Below, in pieces: positions 10,381 to 22,617 of a stretch of 47,773 nucleotides of DNA. Source of the stretch: a virus (lineage: Duplodnaviria; Heunggongvirae; Uroviricota; Caudoviricetes); the IMG/VR virus record IMGVR_UViG_2667527975_000009, positions 1 to 47,773 of that record; one strand, 5' to 3'. The notes under the pieces were generated by a model. It saw nothing but the letters and a program-made list of their open reading frames with translations. It ran no database searches and had not been told where the DNA came from. A program made the translations under genes and the position numbers. Position 1 is the first letter of the stretch. The number at the start of each line of letters is the position of its first letter.

Positions 10381-11798
10381 TACTCAATCCTTATCTGGCA
10401 GCCAGACAGAGTGACAGGTGACTTCGTGATAACGCGCAATTTGAAGCCAACATTTTTCCTGATGCGCCCGACTCGCTTCCACAAAACGCGTTTGTCGTAA
10501 ACGAACGGTTCATTCTGCTCAATCATCTGCTCACGTCCGTAATTGATGCCGTCAGTGGTTGCAGAGAGAAAAAGGCGGTCGGCGTACTGCGCAACGCCAG
10601 TTGACGATTCAACCTCAAAGTCAAACACCCTGGCGTTATCCGCTTTGAACAACGGAGTAAACAGCAGGTGTTCCTGTTGCTTGTCGTACTGGCTGCTAAT
10701 GTCGAACTGCAATTTCCCGGTCACGGATTCCAGCTTATCTCCGCACGTTATCTGATTGCCTTCGTAAATGAAGTCGATAGCGCGGTACACATCGTCATCC
10801 AGGCCTGTTTTCAGTACACACCATTGCGGACCATTGGCGCTTGAAGATGCGTCGTACACCAGTACATGGCGCGGAAGATGGATAATCAGCAACTCATGCG
10901 CATCAAATCGCAGCGATTCCATTACACCATCAGCCAGTTCATCAGCAGTGTAGGAGCGGAGAATTTTCTCAATGCTCGCGCTGGCGATTGGTGATACCTG
11001 ACCGGAGCCGATGATGTATACAGACGGCGCACCTGTTGCCGGATTGCTGATAAACGCATAGGAATCAGCAAACGGCGTTTTGCAGTAAGTTCCGGCAATG
11101 CCTTTCTGCACCATTAACGATGGCTGGGCGACATACAAAGCAGCACCAACGGTGGTTGCCCCAGTCAGGGAAAAATATTCAATCGTCGATGAACCAAAGC
11201 AGACGATGAAGTCTCGCCATGTTCCGATACCGATGATGCCGTCCGGCTGAGACTCGGCACGATATTGTGCGCTGTAACGGTCAGGATGCGATTCATCTTC
11301 AAGGTCAGTGATAAACCATGAATCAGTGCCGTCTTTTGACCACGCATAACGCCCACGTAAGCGCGTAATGTCGCGGACTGAGCCTAACTCATACTGAGTG
11401 AATCCACTGTCTGTAGGCCAGTTTGAGACGGTTTTAACCGTGCCATCATAGCGATACTCGACCAGTTGACCATTAACGCCTACAGCCTGAGATGTCCGAC
11501 CATGCGCCATTGATACGCGACCACTTCCGGCAACATCACCGACTTCACTTTCTCCTTTGTACAGCTTGCCACCACACACGCGATAAACAGCACTCTGCGC
11601 CATGTTGTACTCGACGCCGCGCGATACGCCGTTCACATCAGAACGTTTGGCAATGCCCGGGAATGAGCGAAGATATCCGCTGCTGTTCAGGATTTCTTTG
11701 GGTGTAGCCAGCATATTCACTGGCAGATAGTCGATATAGTCGGCGTTTCGGAAGTCTTTTCCGACACCTTTCATAAGCGGAAGTTGCTGAATCGGCAT
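10380..11798 (-). CDS. Tail hub protein, P22 gp10-like
   Basis: 472 aa, the same length as P22 gp10, and in the expected position. Confidence 0.8.
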   Translation of the reverse strand: MPIQQLPLMKGVGKDFRNADYIDYLPVNMLATPKEILNSSGYLRSFPGIAKRSDVNGVSRGVEYNMAQSAVYRVCGGKLYKGESEVGDVAGSGRVSMAHGRTSQAVGVNGQLVEYRYDGTVKTVSNWPTDSGFTQYELGSVRDITRLRGRYAWSKDGTDSWFITDLEDESHPDRYSAQYRAESQPDGIIGIGTWRDFIVCFGSSTIEYFSLTGATTVGAALYVAQPSLMVQKGIAGTYCKTPFADSYAFISNPATGAPSVYIIGSGQVSPIASASIEKILRSYTADELADGVMESLRFDAHELLIIHLPRHVLVYDASSSANGPQWCVLKTGLDDDVYRAIDFIYEGNQITCGDKLESVTGKLQFDISSQYDKQQEHLLFTPLFKADNARVFDFEVESSTGVAQYADRLFLSATTDGINYGREQMIEQNEPFVYDKRVLWKRVGRIRKNVGFKLRVITKSPVTLSGCQIRIE

Positions 11799-12298
11799 TA
11801 TTTGCTCCCGTTATCGCAAGGTTCCTTTCGGTGGAAGTAATTCCACCCGTTCCACTTCGCCAACTGGTTTCCACTGCCAACAGGCATACGGTTTGGATAA
11901 CCGGACTTACATTTTGCGGCTTTTGCTCTGTCCATTGCAGACAGTTTGACGAGTCGCTCTTTCCCGTATCTGGCAGTGGTTATAAGTTTTGCAGACGCTT
12001 CCAGCGCATAATCTGGAGCAATGCGGCAGGCAAGGTTGAAAATGACGGCATTTATAGCGTTATTTGATAAGCCGTGCTCATCGCCCGGATCCGGAGCAAC
12101 ATCTGCATCAGCAAAAATGTAGCCAACGTTGATACCAGGTGACGCATCACCGCCAAGCCATTCAGCCATCATCATTTCAAGGTCGTTGACGCCGTCTTCC
12201 ATAGACTGCGGTTCGACATCGGTTAACGTGGCATTTGATGCCACACCGAGCTTACGTAATGCCGCAAGAACTAAATCACCCTTCGTTGTCAGGTTCAT
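11798..12298 (-). CDS. Head-to-tail adaptor, P22 gp4-like
   Basis: Start taken at the internal ATG ([33 protein letters not shown]...), which matches the P22 gp4 N-terminus; the longer ORF with an (SQ)n leader is probably an artefact. Confidence 0.8.
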   Translation of the reverse strand: MNLTTKGDLVLAALRKLGVASNATLTDVEPQSMEDGVNDLEMMMAEWLGGDASPGINVGYIFADADVAPDPGDEHGLSNNAINAVIFNLACRIAPDYALEASAKLITTARYGKERLVKLSAMDRAKAAKCKSGYPNRMPVGSGNQLAKWNGWNYFHRKEPCDNGSK

Positions 12299-12518
12299 CT
12301 GCTGCCGCCTTAGGTTTTCGACCAGGCTTTTTACGCTGTTTTTCTTCTGGCTCTGGCTCTGGCTCTGGCTCTGCAACATCCTTCAAAAGGTCATCAGGAT
12401 GTGAAAACCAGCCAGCATCCAGATATTCCTGTAGCTCTTCGGCTTTCACGATTTCAAAGTCGTATCCAACGCCTTTCCATTTCTTCATGTCGCCATGACG
12501 AAAGATCATGTGTGTCAT
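12276..12518 (-). CDS. Small acidic protein with (EP)4 repeat
   Basis: 80-aa ORF from MTHMIF with GGAGA 7 nt upstream; lies between the coat and gp4 genes. Confidence 0.45.
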   Translation of the reverse strand: MTHMIFRHGDMKKWKGVGYDFEIVKAEELQEYLDAGWFSHPDDLLKDVAEPEPEPEPEEKQRKKPGRKPKAAADEPDNEG

Positions 12519-12562
12519 GCTTGTCTCCAGATAAAAAAGGGAGCCGAAGCTCCCTCTGGTTA

Positions 12563-13858
12563 TCACGCGGTCTGGTTAGGCAGACCAACACCAATTGCCT
12601 CTGGTCGTACAGCACATGCTGAATACCACACAGCAATACGGCACTTACCAGACAGAGTATTGATATCACCCTGCGTTGCGAAGATGCCGTTAACACCAAT
12701 ACCAGGAATGCTGAAGGAAGACGTTTTCATGCCAGCAAACAGTTCATGGGTTACCGGAATCGGCTGAGACAGCAGGCGGATTGAGTCATCAGCCCAGAAC
12801 ACGTTAGCGGTGGTTGTTGCCACGTTCAGAACGTTTACCGGAGTGGAATCAGCAAGAGAGGTGTTTACGTTAGCGTAAGCCTTCTCTTCTTTTGTCAGTG
12901 ACGCGTCATCCAGCGCAATCGGCTTCGGCGTGATTTCGATATGAGTACCATCGATCACACGAGTGATTGAGAAAGTCGCATCATCAGTCAGCACGTTCTT
13001 CGCCATCTGAGACAGGAATTTCACACCAGTGAAGCTGATTTTGTCGCCGCGCTTAAATCCGGTGGTGGAGGATACGGTCACCGTTGCAACACGGTTATCG
13101 ACGTTCTCTTTGTTACCATCGGTATCAAGGGTGTATGCCTGCGGCTTAAACTTCTGCGCACCAGAAACAGTTACACCAGTAGCGGTTGACTTGGTAACTG
13201 CCGGAAGTTTCGGTGAGCGAAGAATTTCATCAAAGCCAGCAATCTGACGCTGAATAGTACCGTTGCGATACGCGTCTTCAGGAACGCGCCCAAAGATGTC
13301 ACCATCTACCAGGTTGCGGCCTGCTTTGCGGTAATCGTCCGGGTTCAGGAAGTAACTGATGCCCATATCGCGGTTTAGCTCACGGGAGAACATCAGGCGC
13401 TCTGCATCAGACACAAAATCCCAGCCAGACAGGCCAGTAGATGGACCAATTGCGCGGGTATCGTGAACAACAAGCGAGCCCATTTCAGTTGCCTGTTTGG
13501 CAATCGCTGACTCAATGTTATTCGCCAGTTTTTTGGCGGATGCCTGGATTCGGCGACGGTAAGAACGCTCATCACGCAGGTCATCTGCACGAAGCTCGAA
13601 GAAATCGTTATCCGGATCGCCCATGTTGCATTTCACGGACAGCTCCAGAATCCCGGTTGCGTTGCCAGTTAAATCCCAGCCAGTCTGAGTTGGCGCTTCC
13701 TGCTCAACAGGCATCCACACGGTGTTGCTTGAACGTTGCATGGATTCTGCCGGAGGGGTGTATTTTGTCACTTTTGACGCCATTGGCGTCAGGTTCTGGA
13801 CGGTTTCGATGATTTCATCCAGAGCATACGTGACCAGTTGACCTTCATTTAATGCCAT
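12563..13858 (-). CDS. Major coat protein, P22 gp5-like
   Basis: 431 aa, [29 protein letters not shown]...; colinear with the P22 coat protein along its length. Confidence 0.95.
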   Translation of the reverse strand: MALNEGQLVTYALDEIIETVQNLTPMASKVTKYTPPAESMQRSSNTVWMPVEQEAPTQTGWDLTGNATGILELSVKCNMGDPDNDFFELRADDLRDERSYRRRIQASAKKLANNIESAIAKQATEMGSLVVHDTRAIGPSTGLSGWDFVSDAERLMFSRELNRDMGISYFLNPDDYRKAGRNLVDGDIFGRVPEDAYRNGTIQRQIAGFDEILRSPKLPAVTKSTATGVTVSGAQKFKPQAYTLDTDGNKENVDNRVATVTVSSTTGFKRGDKISFTGVKFLSQMAKNVLTDDATFSITRVIDGTHIEITPKPIALDDASLTKEEKAYANVNTSLADSTPVNVLNVATTTANVFWADDSIRLLSQPIPVTHELFAGMKTSSFSIPGIGVNGIFATQGDINTLSGKCRIAVWYSACAVRPEAIGVGLPNQTA

Positions 13859-14769
13859 TATCGAATTCCTTTATTCAGTTGCGCCTTGAGCTTGCGGTAT
13901 GTCTCTACATCCCCTTTGTTTGCTGCCGCTTCCATCTGCTTTTCAATCGCAGAGATATTTGCAGCAACAGCATGTCCCTGAATTGGTTCATCAGGTAACG
14001 GGGCTTCTGAAACAGGCTTGGCTCGAGGCTTGAGAGTTAAACGTTCTGACAGTCGAGTGAGTTCAATAAGCGCGGATTGCCCGTCCATCGCCAGCAACTG
14101 GCGTGTTTTTTCAGGATTAGCACCAAGGTGATACATGAGAGCGGCGGATTTCTCCGGGAAGAGGCGCATGATGTCGGCACCGACTGCTGGCGGCACCAGT
14201 TGCATGAATGCATCCTCTTTCTCCTGATAGTCAGGGATATTGAGCTTTTCCGCTGCGTCGTAGTGCTTACGGGCTGCCTCGACGTATTGCGCTGATTGCT
14301 GGGTGAACTCCTGAGTTTTGCGACCCTGCTCGGCGACAGCCTGGCTTCGTGCGTCCATAGCCTTGATCTGCCATTCACTGTTTGCCTGCTGGAAGGCAGC
14401 CAGTGCGCGGCTCTGGTCATAGTCGTACTTAGCCAGTGCATCTTCGGAAAGATAATCGTTAGGGTCTGGTTGTTTTGGTAACTCAGGGTTCACCCGCAGG
14501 TGCTCCGGCAACTCTCCACGCTTAACCGCTTCCATCTGCTGCTCAAGCTCACGCTGGCGTTTGCGTTCGATGCGGCGACGGGCAAATTCAGCATTAGTTG
14601 CCGGGTCTTGTTTTGGTTTCTCATCGTCTTTCAGGACAATCTCGAAGCCTTCTTCCTGACCTGCGTTGTCGTTGGCATTATCGACAACTAAGCCATCAAC
14701 AGATGCCGCTGCATGATTGCCAGGCAGGGTTAATTCTTCAGAAGCCTGAATGTCGGTGGTTTGGTCCAT
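13858..14769 (-). CDS. Scaffolding protein, P22 gp8-like
   Basis: 303 aa, acidic and helix-rich, immediately upstream of the coat gene. Confidence 0.85.
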   Translation of the reverse strand: MDQTTDIQASEELTLPGNHAAASVDGLVVDNANDNAGQEEGFEIVLKDDEKPKQDPATNAEFARRRIERKRQRELEQQMEAVKRGELPEHLRVNPELPKQPDPNDYLSEDALAKYDYDQSRALAAFQQANSEWQIKAMDARSQAVAEQGRKTQEFTQQSAQYVEAARKHYDAAEKLNIPDYQEKEDAFMQLVPPAVGADIMRLFPEKSAALMYHLGANPEKTRQLLAMDGQSALIELTRLSERLTLKPRAKPVSEAPLPDEPIQGHAVAANISAIEKQMEAAANKGDVETYRKLKAQLNKGIR

Positions 14770-14782
14770 GATTAACTCTCTC

Positions 14783-16951
14783 TTATTGAGGTGTCTCGGC
14801 TACTCCGCCGGAGGGGATTTGAACTTGACGCATAAGATTCGCGAAATCCATGCGTTGTGAATGAGTCTGGTCTGCATCTTTAAGAAGCAGCTCAGCGTTA
14901 GCACGAGCATCTTTGCTGCGCTGTTGCTGGAATTGACCTACGAGCTTGAGGTACTCACGCAGTTCTGCCTGCTTGTCGAGGTCCATATTGTTGAATATTT
15001 CTGCAATCTTCGCGGCGTTGAGTTGGTTTTGGGCTTCAACCTTGGCGGCTTCAACCTGAATCTGCGCCTGTTGGTTCTCTGCCTTGAGCAATTCAGCCTG
15101 ACCTTGCAGAAGGATACCCTGCGCCTGAATTTGCTCTGCTGATGGCTGCTGCGGCTGTTGTTGTGCCTGCTGTACCATCTCCATCTCTTCAGGTGTTTCT
15201 GGTTTCTTCAGCCCCATCATCACCAGTTGCTTGTTCGCGTACTCTCGCATCATCTCGACGCCTTTACCGTCAAGCAGCGTGAAGTATTGCAGCATCAGCA
15301 TCTGGAACTCTGGAGTACCTTGCGGAACCTTGGTGAGTAACTCCTGAATCTCTGCGCGGTTCTGTTCCTTCATGCTCTGGAAGGATGGCCCAACGTCCGT
15401 ATAGCACTCATATCGACCACGAATGTCGTTGAGTGTGACCACATTGCCGGACTGGTAATCGACAACTTGCGCATAGAGTTGAACGTCTTTCTCGCTTCCA
15501 TCTTCAAGTGTCAGCGTTACATGACGAGGAACGTCATAAATATCGTTGACCATTGAGGCATAAATCTCGCCATCACGTCGCATTGCGGTAGCCAGGTTAT
15601 CCTGAAACACGTATGTCTCAAGGTCTGCCCGCATGTTCAGTTGATTGACGGTATCGAAAGCGACCTGACCATTTGCCGCCTGCGCATCCACGCCAAGACT
15701 AGCCACCTCTTTCACTGCGTTGGTGGCAGCCTCAAGCATGTAAGCGTTGGCTTGCGGCACTTCAGGGTTTTCCATGTAGGAGATTGGACCAATCGGCAGG
15801 TCGTTACCGTTTTCATCGGTCCTGTTCTGCAGATAGTACGGATAGTCATCATTTCCACCGTACATGTATTCGTAGCCTTCGATTTGCTCAGGGAAGAAGG
15901 TCGGTTTCTTCTTCGGTGAACGAGCAACAATATCGGCGTTGAACGACATGATCATGTTACGAAGGCGTTGACCGTCTTTCGTCAGCCTTACCACTCCTTC
16001 GTAGCACTCCTTGTCACCAGCGAATGACCATTCGCCATACACTGGAACGATTGGAATATGCTCTCCGGCTATCTTCTCGCGGTCTTTCAGTATCTGCGTG
16101 CAGGTGATGATCGACTTATACACACGCCGACGCTTGACCTTACGCTCTGCTACCTTAATGAATCCACGATTAGCCAGGTCGTCGATGACGTCTTTGATAT
16201 CCTGCTGGTAATAGCTGACCGGCTCACCTGTCAGCGGGTCGCGGTAGATGAAGACTTTCTCTTTCTTCTCTTCGACCTCGTAATACTCAGCGACGTAGAC
16301 GACATCATTCGATACCCACGGAAACAGCCATGTATCGTTCGGATTCTGGAAAGATGGCAAGGTGTCAGGATCAATACCGTAATCCTCTGCGAACTCTTTC
16401 CAGCCATTGCGTGACAAAGCGTTAATCACCGTGCAGTGCTTAGCGTCGCTCTTATCCATCTGCTTGCTGTTGGCGTCCCATATGACGTGTGAGCAGGCTT
16501 CATGGATTGGCAGGCGTCGGATTACCTGATTGTTGCTTGTTGGGTCGTTGTCTTCGTACTGTGTGACCAGACGCCATGCACCAACGCCGGACTCTATCTG
16601 CTCACGAACGCCAACGTTAACGGCAATCTTTGCCGTGTTATGGCGCATATCAGTACGATACATTCCCATCAACACATCGGCAGCATCAGGATTAGCGCCG
16701 TCTTTGGGTCGGAAGAGAACGTCGATAGGGTTCCGGCGCATCTCTGCGACCAGTTTCCTGACCACCGGGCGAACAACATCGAATTGTCCGCGATATTGCA
16801 GGGTAGTGTAGTTTGATAGCCAGTCATCCCATTGCGACACTCGGCTAAAATACAGGTCATTTGTCGCCTCGGTTCTGGCCTCATCGCTTGCTGCCCAATC
16901 CCTGTCAAACCGAAGGAGAATGGTTCGCAATTTGTCGTCTTGGTCGGCCAT
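14783..16951 (-). CDS. Portal protein, P22 gp1-like
   Basis: 722 aa with a Q/A-rich C-terminal coiled-coil barrel segment; synteny. Confidence 0.9.
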   Translation of the reverse strand: MADQDDKLRTILLRFDRDWAASDEARTEATNDLYFSRVSQWDDWLSNYTTLQYRGQFDVVRPVVRKLVAEMRRNPIDVLFRPKDGANPDAADVLMGMYRTDMRHNTAKIAVNVGVREQIESGVGAWRLVTQYEDNDPTSNNQVIRRLPIHEACSHVIWDANSKQMDKSDAKHCTVINALSRNGWKEFAEDYGIDPDTLPSFQNPNDTWLFPWVSNDVVYVAEYYEVEEKKEKVFIYRDPLTGEPVSYYQQDIKDVIDDLANRGFIKVAERKVKRRRVYKSIITCTQILKDREKIAGEHIPIVPVYGEWSFAGDKECYEGVVRLTKDGQRLRNMIMSFNADIVARSPKKKPTFFPEQIEGYEYMYGGNDDYPYYLQNRTDENGNDLPIGPISYMENPEVPQANAYMLEAATNAVKEVASLGVDAQAANGQVAFDTVNQLNMRADLETYVFQDNLATAMRRDGEIYASMVNDIYDVPRHVTLTLEDGSEKDVQLYAQVVDYQSGNVVTLNDIRGRYECYTDVGPSFQSMKEQNRAEIQELLTKVPQGTPEFQMLMLQYFTLLDGKGVEMMREYANKQLVMMGLKKPETPEEMEMVQQAQQQPQQPSAEQIQAQGILLQGQAELLKAENQQAQIQVEAAKVEAQNQLNAAKIAEIFNNMDLDKQAELREYLKLVGQFQQQRSKDARANAELLLKDADQTHSQRMDFANLMRQVQIPSGGVAETPQ

Positions 16952-18411
16952 TATCTACCTCTGGAAATTGGACGAATTGGAGCCGGTAATGGCTTAGTTG
17001 GTTTGTTTTTGACTACCGGGAATGCAAACGTCAGGGCTAACGCATCAGCGCGGTTTGGTGAAGGAACCCCACGGCGCTTCATGTCATCTTTGGCCTCAAG
17101 GACGATGCGCCCATCGAGCTTAACCCTGTACTCAGGAGCAACGATTTCGTCAGCTGTTTGCTGATCATCGATACTTCCCCCTTCTTTGAGCCATGACTTC
17201 ATTGAGTTCCACATCTCACCGCGCTTGTTCAGCATGCCGGGGTCTTTGGATTCACCCCCAAAGTTAACCAGCTGCCACTTCCTTCCCCACGACCTACCTA
17301 TTGAGTGAATTCCGGTGCCATACCCGAAGTCTATGAACACTGCATCTGCCTTATGCTCATCCTCAAATCCTGCGACGATTTGCGCGAACTTAACGTCGTC
17401 ATCTGTTTTCGGGTAGGTGCCAAGCAGGCGCGCATGAAGACCCTGGCGAAGGTAAATTGATGCCTCATCACTACCTGTGTAAGCAGGGTCAACGCCGATT
17501 ATTTTGGATGCGAATGTGTAAGAGCCGGGTTCAAGCGTGCGAGACATGGCCTCATCCACATATGCCTGAGGTATGAACTGGACTTCTGATGTCGATGGGA
17601 ATAGACCGCGAACACGTACTTTAAAGAAATCGCTGTCTTCACCGTAATCCTTGCGCCACTCTTCGATGAGCTCTTTGTTGGTCATCTTTGCCAGGCGGCT
17701 ATCAATTTGACGTCGACGCCATCGGTGTTTGAACTTGCGGAAGCACTCTCGGAATCGACCGGTGTTACGCGTCGGGTTCCCAAATGCAAACCAGAAAGGC
17801 TCGCCGTCAGTAAGGCCGCCCTCTGCTACTTCCCAAATTTTGTCAGGAACCGCTGAGGCTTCATCGAAGATGTAGAACGGGCTTGAGTTAGCTGCATGCA
17901 GGCCAGCAAATGACTCGCTGTTCTCTTCCCGACACGTCTGGCCGTCACAGCGCCATGATTCCATGTGATCCACATGGTAGATGTTCATGTTGCCTTTGCC
18001 GTTGTTGTACTCAAACCAGTGACCGGTGATGCACCGCTTCTTCCACTTGCCCAGCTCGCCCCATGTTTTGGTGCGAAGCTGTTCAGAGGTATTGGCTGTC
18101 ACGACGCCCTTGCAGAAAGGACGAGTGCTGAGGATGTACAGAATGACCCAGGCAGTTAGAGCACTTTTACCGATACCGTGACCAGAGCTGGTAGCGCAAC
18201 GATAGGCTTCAACAGGTTTAACACCGTCGAAGTTATTAGTCCTGATTGCGTCTCCCCAATCTGTCAGAAACTCTTTCTGCCATTCATCGGGGCCGTCAAA
18301 GCCCTCAAGCTCACCAGTTCCCCAATCAAACGCATACATAACGAAGCCAAGCGGATCGTAAAAGAATCGACCCATATCATCGGCAAGCATTGCCTCGAAT
18401 TCTGACGACAT
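16951..18411 (-). CDS. Terminase large subunit
   Basis: 486 aa with an ATPase N-terminal region and nuclease C-terminal region; sits between the small terminase and portal genes. Confidence 0.9.
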   Translation of the reverse strand: MSSEFEAMLADDMGRFFYDPLGFVMYAFDWGTGELEGFDGPDEWQKEFLTDWGDAIRTNNFDGVKPVEAYRCATSSGHGIGKSALTAWVILYILSTRPFCKGVVTANTSEQLRTKTWGELGKWKKRCITGHWFEYNNGKGNMNIYHVDHMESWRCDGQTCREENSESFAGLHAANSSPFYIFDEASAVPDKIWEVAEGGLTDGEPFWFAFGNPTRNTGRFRECFRKFKHRWRRRQIDSRLAKMTNKELIEEWRKDYGEDSDFFKVRVRGLFPSTSEVQFIPQAYVDEAMSRTLEPGSYTFASKIIGVDPAYTGSDEASIYLRQGLHARLLGTYPKTDDDVKFAQIVAGFEDEHKADAVFIDFGYGTGIHSIGRSWGRKWQLVNFGGESKDPGMLNKRGEMWNSMKSWLKEGGSIDDQQTADEIVAPEYRVKLDGRIVLEAKDDMKRRGVPSPNRADALALTFAFPVVKNKPTKPLPAPIRPISRGR

Positions 18412-18848
18412 TACTCACCTCTCGCGCGTTTTCTGGCCTCCTGAATGCGCTGAATCAGGTTAACCTCTCCGGTGTGTTCAACTTCTTGCTTATCGCGCCA
18501 TTTATCCTTCTGTCGGTTCTTAAGCCAGAAGATGGCGGCCGTTGTATCAGGCGGGTAATACTTCTCAAGCGGAGTTTCGACAATTCTGTTTTCAATAACA
18601 CGAATATCGATGTCTGGAGCCACGAAGCCCATAGCGCGTTGATAAAGACGATCACTAACTTCTGCATCAGCGACGGCCTTACCCTTTTTTATGGACTCCG
18701 AAAACTCAGGATAATCAAGCTTCCACTTGTTAATAGTTGACTCACTGACTTCGAAGAAATCAGCAAGCTCTGCATCGGTGTAGCCCAGCAAGCACAGTTT
18801 GCGTGCCTGTTCGGCGTACGCCTCTTGATACTTTGTTGGGCGCGCCAT
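18411..18848 (-). CDS. Terminase small subunit
   Basis: 145 aa with an N-terminal HTH-like segment (LGYTDAELADFFEVSESTINKWK), directly upstream of the large terminase. Confidence 0.8.
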   Translation of the reverse strand: MARPTKYQEAYAEQARKLCLLGYTDAELADFFEVSESTINKWKLDYPEFSESIKKGKAVADAEVSDRLYQRAMGFVAPDIDIRVIENRIVETPLEKYYPPDTTAAIFWLKNRQKDKWRDKQEVEHTGEVNLIQRIQEARKRARGE

Positions 18849-18850
18849 GT

Positions 18851-19093
18851 TTATGCTCCGGTAGTGAACAGGTCTAACGCTTCCTTCGATTTACGCACTG
18901 CTTCGAATGTGCGGATCGTGATATCCGAATTAGCGCCGCCTGACTGGAAGTGAATTTTGAATAGCTCAAGCTTCAGTTCGTCAGTGCCAATGAACTGAAA
19001 TGCTTCCTCTGCGGCTGCGTTCTGGTTCATGACCAGTTTGTAAATCTCTAGCTGGAATTTCTGTTCTTCAGTCATGGGAATAATCTCTGCCAT
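18851..19093 (-). CDS. Hypothetical protein
   Basis: 80-aa ORF translationally coupled to the small terminase gene. Confidence 0.5.
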   Translation of the reverse strand: MAEIIPMTEEQKFQLEIYKLVMNQNAAAEEAFQFIGTDELKLELFKIHFQSGGANSDITIRTFEAVRKSKEALDLFTTGA

Positions 19094-19196
19094 TGTTGGC
19101 TCCGTTTATCCGTTAAAAGGGATATCAGTTAAGTTATCCCGTGTAGGGTATAAGCCATTATCAAAGCCATTCTGTAGGGAATGGCTTTTGTAATAA

Positions 19197-19553
19197 CTAC
19201 TGTTCGCTTAGCTTCTGCTTCAGCAAGTAACCTTCGAGCATCCAGATTTTGTTTACAGCATTCTGCCGGGCAATCTTCCGACCAATTTCTGCATCAAAGT
19301 TTTCCGGGCTTGCACAGGCACTCTCTCCGGTGACGGTGAAGCCATTCTTCAGCACCAGTACGCAGAAAGTCAGGAGGTCTGTAGATTTATGCGCTGTCCA
19401 TGAATCGCCAACGCCCATATTGGCAGCACGAATGCCGTCATAAGCAGTAAAGAAATGCTCTTCAAGAATGATGCTTTCGATATATTGAGGCGTAACTCGC
19501 GGAGCGGTTTTTCCTTTCTCAACGATTTCTTTTTCGATTTGCTGATCGTTCAT
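19197..19553 (-). CDS. Hypothetical protein
   Basis: 118-aa ORF between the lysis and packaging modules. Confidence 0.5.
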   Translation of the reverse strand: MNDQQIEKEIVEKGKTAPRVTPQYIESIILEEHFFTAYDGIRAANMGVGDSWTAHKSTDLLTFCVLVLKNGFTVTGESACASPENFDAEIGRKIARQNAVNKIWMLEGYLLKQKLSEQ

Positions 19554-19779
19554 AATTATGACCCTGTGGAGTGGTTGCTTGATTAGGATGTCTTTCCATC
19601 AGTCCGCCACCACAAAGAATCTTTTTTGCCATAAGGCAGGAGGTTCATCTTTCAGTGGCTGCCAGTGTTATTTCCCCACTTACTGGCTTGGGTTGTATCG
19701 CTGTACTGCCGTTAATTAGTGACCAGAAATTAACTCCGGTTTCATTATCAAGCCCACCCGTAGGTAGGCTTTGTAATGG

Positions 19780-20037
19780 CTACTTCGCTTTTGCTTCCGC
19801 TCGCTTACGCCGGCGCTCTTCTTTCCTCTCGGCTTTTGCCATGTCCATGAATGCCTGCATGATCGAGTTCCGCATCATGTAGCTAACAAAGTGATGATTG
19901 ACACAGCCGTTGAGGCGCAGCTGCTCGCCAAACTCATCCACCGAGGCCAATGCTTCCATCATGCCCTTCTCGCCTTTCATGAACTCTGAGAAGTCGCGCC
20001 CCGCTCTGGAGGCGCATTCAATGACACGATCACTCAT
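19780..20037 (-). CDS. Hypothetical basic protein (coupled to KilA-N gene)
   Basis: 85 aa with a K/R/E-rich C-terminus; its start overlaps the KilA-N stop by 4 nt (ATGA). Confidence 0.5.
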   Translation of the reverse strand: MSDRVIECASRAGRDFSEFMKGEKGMMEALASVDEFGEQLRLNGCVNHHFVSYMMRNSIMQAFMDMAKAERKEERRRKRAEAKAK

Positions 20038-20531
20038 CCCGGAAGCCCGGGGATCGTAATCTGCAGCTGGTTAGCCAGGGAGTTAATCTCAGCGACCAAC
20101 ACTGGCTTCGTATAGCGCCATGCCGCCAGTCCTTGTCCGCAGAAGCTCGCCATGTCTTTCTTCTGGTCAAACTCATGACATTTCATGTTGAGCTGCGCAC
20201 TTAAGCTGTTGCGATGCTGAAGTTCTCCGGTGAAGTAGTCATCGAGGACTTTATAGGCCGCGTACTTGAACCCGGGGTTTAACCAAGCCGCATAATCGTA
20301 AGCAACAAACTTCCCGCCATATGTTCCACCGTGTACACCGCGCTCAGTAAAAACCACAGATTCGTGGTTTTTCTCCAGCTCGGCTAAGAACTCTTTGGTC
20401 TGCTTGTTTCGCAGGTAGTGGTACGGAGATTCAGATTCACTTTTACCACTGGCTTTCCACATATCAGTGAGGCAGATCATGCCATCTTCACCGATACGAA
20501 TTGGTTGATTGAAGAGGGTTAATGATTTCAT
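20034..20531 (-). CDS. KilA-N domain protein
   Basis: 165 aa with a KilA-N-like N-terminus (IRIGEDGMICLTDMWKASGK...). Confidence 0.7.
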   Translation of the reverse strand: MKSLTLFNQPIRIGEDGMICLTDMWKASGKSESESPYHYLRNKQTKEFLAELEKNHESVVFTERGVHGGTYGGKFVAYDYAAWLNPGFKYAAYKVLDDYFTGELQHRNSLSAQLNMKCHEFDQKKDMASFCGQGLAAWRYTKPVLVAEINSLANQLQITIPGLPG

Positions 20532-20731
20532 AGCGTGTACCTACTCTTTGAAATGAACCTTTGCCGCACAGGAAACCAGCCCACCGAGGCTCGCCAGCAC
20601 TAACTGGTATCCTCAAAGGCCCATTCCAAAGGGGCAGGTTCGGTGTAAAAACATGCGTTGCGGTACGCATTTATTGCAAAAAGCCCCGCATCGCGAGGCT
20701 CATTAAATTGACTTTGTGATTTGCAAAAAAA

Positions 20732-21169
20732 TTATTTCAGGCACTGAGTCCTGATGTACTCCTGCAGGTAGTTAACCTGCGCGGTTATCTTGTCGATTCC
20801 ACTTCGGAGACGGTAATAATTGAGTTCAGCATCTGCTGTAAGTCTTGGGCTTTCTCCATCGCCCATGCTGCTGGCTCCGGTCGTTGACTTTGCACAGGTG
20901 GCGGCGACTTGCAGGCGCTTACGCCCAGCAGAAACATCAGCACGAAGGCTTTCGATAGTAGCGTTAGCATCAGCAAGCTCCTTTGTGTATCTGGCGTCGA
21001 GTTCTGCTACATCACGTTGACGCTTCTGCATATCAGCGATGATGGATGTGGCTTTGTCGCGCTGGTCTTTATAGGCGATGGCGTTATCACGGTAATGATT
21101 AACCGCCCATGAAAGGCAGACGATGACGCAGATAACCAGAGCGGAGATAATCGCGGTTATTCTGCTCAT
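20732..21169 (-). CDS. Rz: i-spanin Rz
   Basis: 145 aa, [31 protein letters not shown]...; near-identical to lambda Rz at the N-terminus. Confidence 0.9.
   Translation of the reverse strand: MSRITAIISALVICVIVCLSWAVNHYRDNAIAYKDQRDKATSIIADMQKRQRDVAELDARYTKELADANATIESLRADVSAGRKRLQVAATCAKSTTGASSMGDGESPRLTADAELNYYRLRSGIDKITAQVNYLQEYIRTQCLK
20785..20976 (-). CDS. Rz1: o-spanin Rz1 (embedded in Rz, alternative frame)
   Basis: Lipobox LLGVSAC followed by a Pro-rich segment, nested inside Rz. Confidence 0.75.
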   Translation of the reverse strand: MLMLTLLSKAFVLMFLLGVSACKSPPPVQSQRPEPAAWAMEKAQDLQQMLNSIITVSEVESTR

Positions 21170-21642
21170 ACCTCACTCTCTCTGAGCGTTCCGCCAGCTT
21201 CTTTGAATTTTGCAATCAGGCTGTCAGCCTTATGCTCGAACTGACCATAACCAGCGCCCGGCAGTGAAGCCCAGATATTGCTGCAACGGTCGATTGCCTG
21301 ACGGATATCACCGCGATCAATCATCGGTAAGGCGCCACGCTCTTTAATCTGCTGCAATGCCACAGCGTCCTGGCTTTTCGGAGAGAAGTCTTTCAGGCCA
21401 AGCTGCTTACGGTAGGCATCCCACCAACGGGAAAGAAGCTGGTAACGTCCGGCTGCTGTTGATTTGAGTTTTGGGTTTAGCGTGACAAGTTTGCGAGGGT
21501 GATCGGAGTAATCAGTGAATAGCTCTCCACCAACAATGACGTCATAACCATGATTTCTGGTTTTCTGTCGTCCGTTATCTGTTCCCTCTGACCACGCCAG
21601 CATATCGAGGAACGCCTTACGTTGATTATTGATTTCCACCAT
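21166..21642 (-). CDS. R: Endolysin R (lytic transglycosylase)
   Basis: 158 aa, [39 protein letters not shown]...; essentially the lambda R sequence. Confidence 0.95.
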   Translation of the reverse strand: MVEINNQRKAFLDMLAWSEGTDNGRQKTRNHGYDVIVGGELFTDYSDHPRKLVTLNPKLKSTAAGRYQLLSRWWDAYRKQLGLKDFSPKSQDAVALQQIKERGALPMIDRGDIRQAIDRCSNIWASLPGAGYGQFEHKADSLIAKFKEAGGTLRESEV

Positions 21643-21949
21643 CTTCTACTCCGGCTTTTTTAGCAGCGAAGCGTTTGATAAGCGAACCAATCGAGTCAGT
21701 ACCGATGTAGCCGATGAACACGCTCGTTATATAAGCGAGGTTGCTACTTAGTCCGGCGAAGTCGAGAAGGTCACGAATGAACCAGGCGATAATGGCGCAC
21801 ATCGTTGCGTCGATTACTGTTTTTGTAAACGCACCGCCATTATATCTGCCGCGAAGGTACGCCATTGCAAACGCAAGGATTGCCCCGATGCCTTGTTCCT
21901 TTGCCGCGAGAATGGCGGCTAACAGGTCATGTTTTTCTGGCATCTTCAT
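21626..21949 (-). CDS. S: Holin S (dual-start S107/S105)
   Basis: 107 aa beginning [10 protein letters not shown], as in lambda S. Confidence 0.95.
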   Translation of the reverse strand: MKMPEKHDLLAAILAAKEQGIGAILAFAMAYLRGRYNGGAFTKTVIDATMCAIIAWFIRDLLDFAGLSSNLAYITSVFIGYIGTDSIGSLIKRFAAKKAGVEDGGNQ

Positions 21950-22346
21950 GTCTTACCCCCAATAAGGGGATTTGCTCTATTTAATTAGGAATAAGGTCGA
22001 TTACTGATAGAACAAATCCAGGCTACTGTGTTTAGTAATCAGATTTGTTCGTGACCGATATGCACGGGCAAAACGGCAGGAGGTTGTTAGCGCAGCCTCT
22101 TGCTACCCGCTTTCACGAAGGTCATGTGTAGAAGGCCGCAGCATAACTATCACTGATGAATCTAGGATAGCCAGTGGCTACGGCTCAGTTTGGGTTGTGC
22201 TGTTGCTGGGCGGCGATGACGCCTGTACGCATTTGGTGATCCGGTTCTGCTTCCGGTATTCGCTTAATTCAGCACAACGGAAAGAGCACTCAATGCATTT
22301 AAGCCAAGACCCATAAGGGAGAATGCTCTTACCTGTTACACAGATA

Positions 22347-22406
22347 TAAAAAATCCCGAAACCGTTATGCAGGCTCTAACTATTACCTGCGAACTGTTTC
22401 GGGATT
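22347..22406 (-). terminator. tR'-like intrinsic terminator ending the short pR' transcript
   Basis: Stem ATCCCGAAAC...GTTTCGGGAT followed by a T-run on the minus strand. Confidence 0.8.
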
Positions 22407-22576
22407 GCATTTTGCAGACCTCTCAGCCTGCGATGGTTGGAGTTCCAGACGATACGTCGAAGTGACCAACTAGGCGGAATCGGTAGTAAGCACCGCCTCT
22501 TTTCATCTCACTACCACAACGAGCGAATTAACCCATCGTTGGGTCAAATTTACCCAACTTTATTCAAAAAGTCAAT
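22407..22576 (-). promoter_or_regulatory. Late promoter pR' with qut site and 6S-RNA-like leader
   Basis: On the minus strand, TTGACT (-35), then 17 nt, then TAAATT (-10), then ...ACGATGGGTTAATTCG; this matches the lambda pR'/qut region I recall and lies directly downstream of Q. Confidence 0.8.
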
Positions 22577-22617
22577 ATTATGCCGTTAATATGTTGCCAT
22601 CCGTGGCAATCATGCTG

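Noticed and set aside
12347-12373. (CTGGCT) x4.5 hexanucleotide tandem repeat as a possible phase-variation site
   Set aside because: The unit is a multiple of three, so slippage would not shift the reading frame; it more likely just encodes a flexible EP linker.
14037-16908. Multiple antisense or overlapping ORFs within the scaffold and portal genes
   Set aside because: Nested in strongly supported structural genes; typical spurious ORFs.
20488-20670. 60-aa ORF between the KilA-N gene and Rz
   Set aside because: Overlaps the KilA-N start and has no coding-like composition; the region is probably noncoding.
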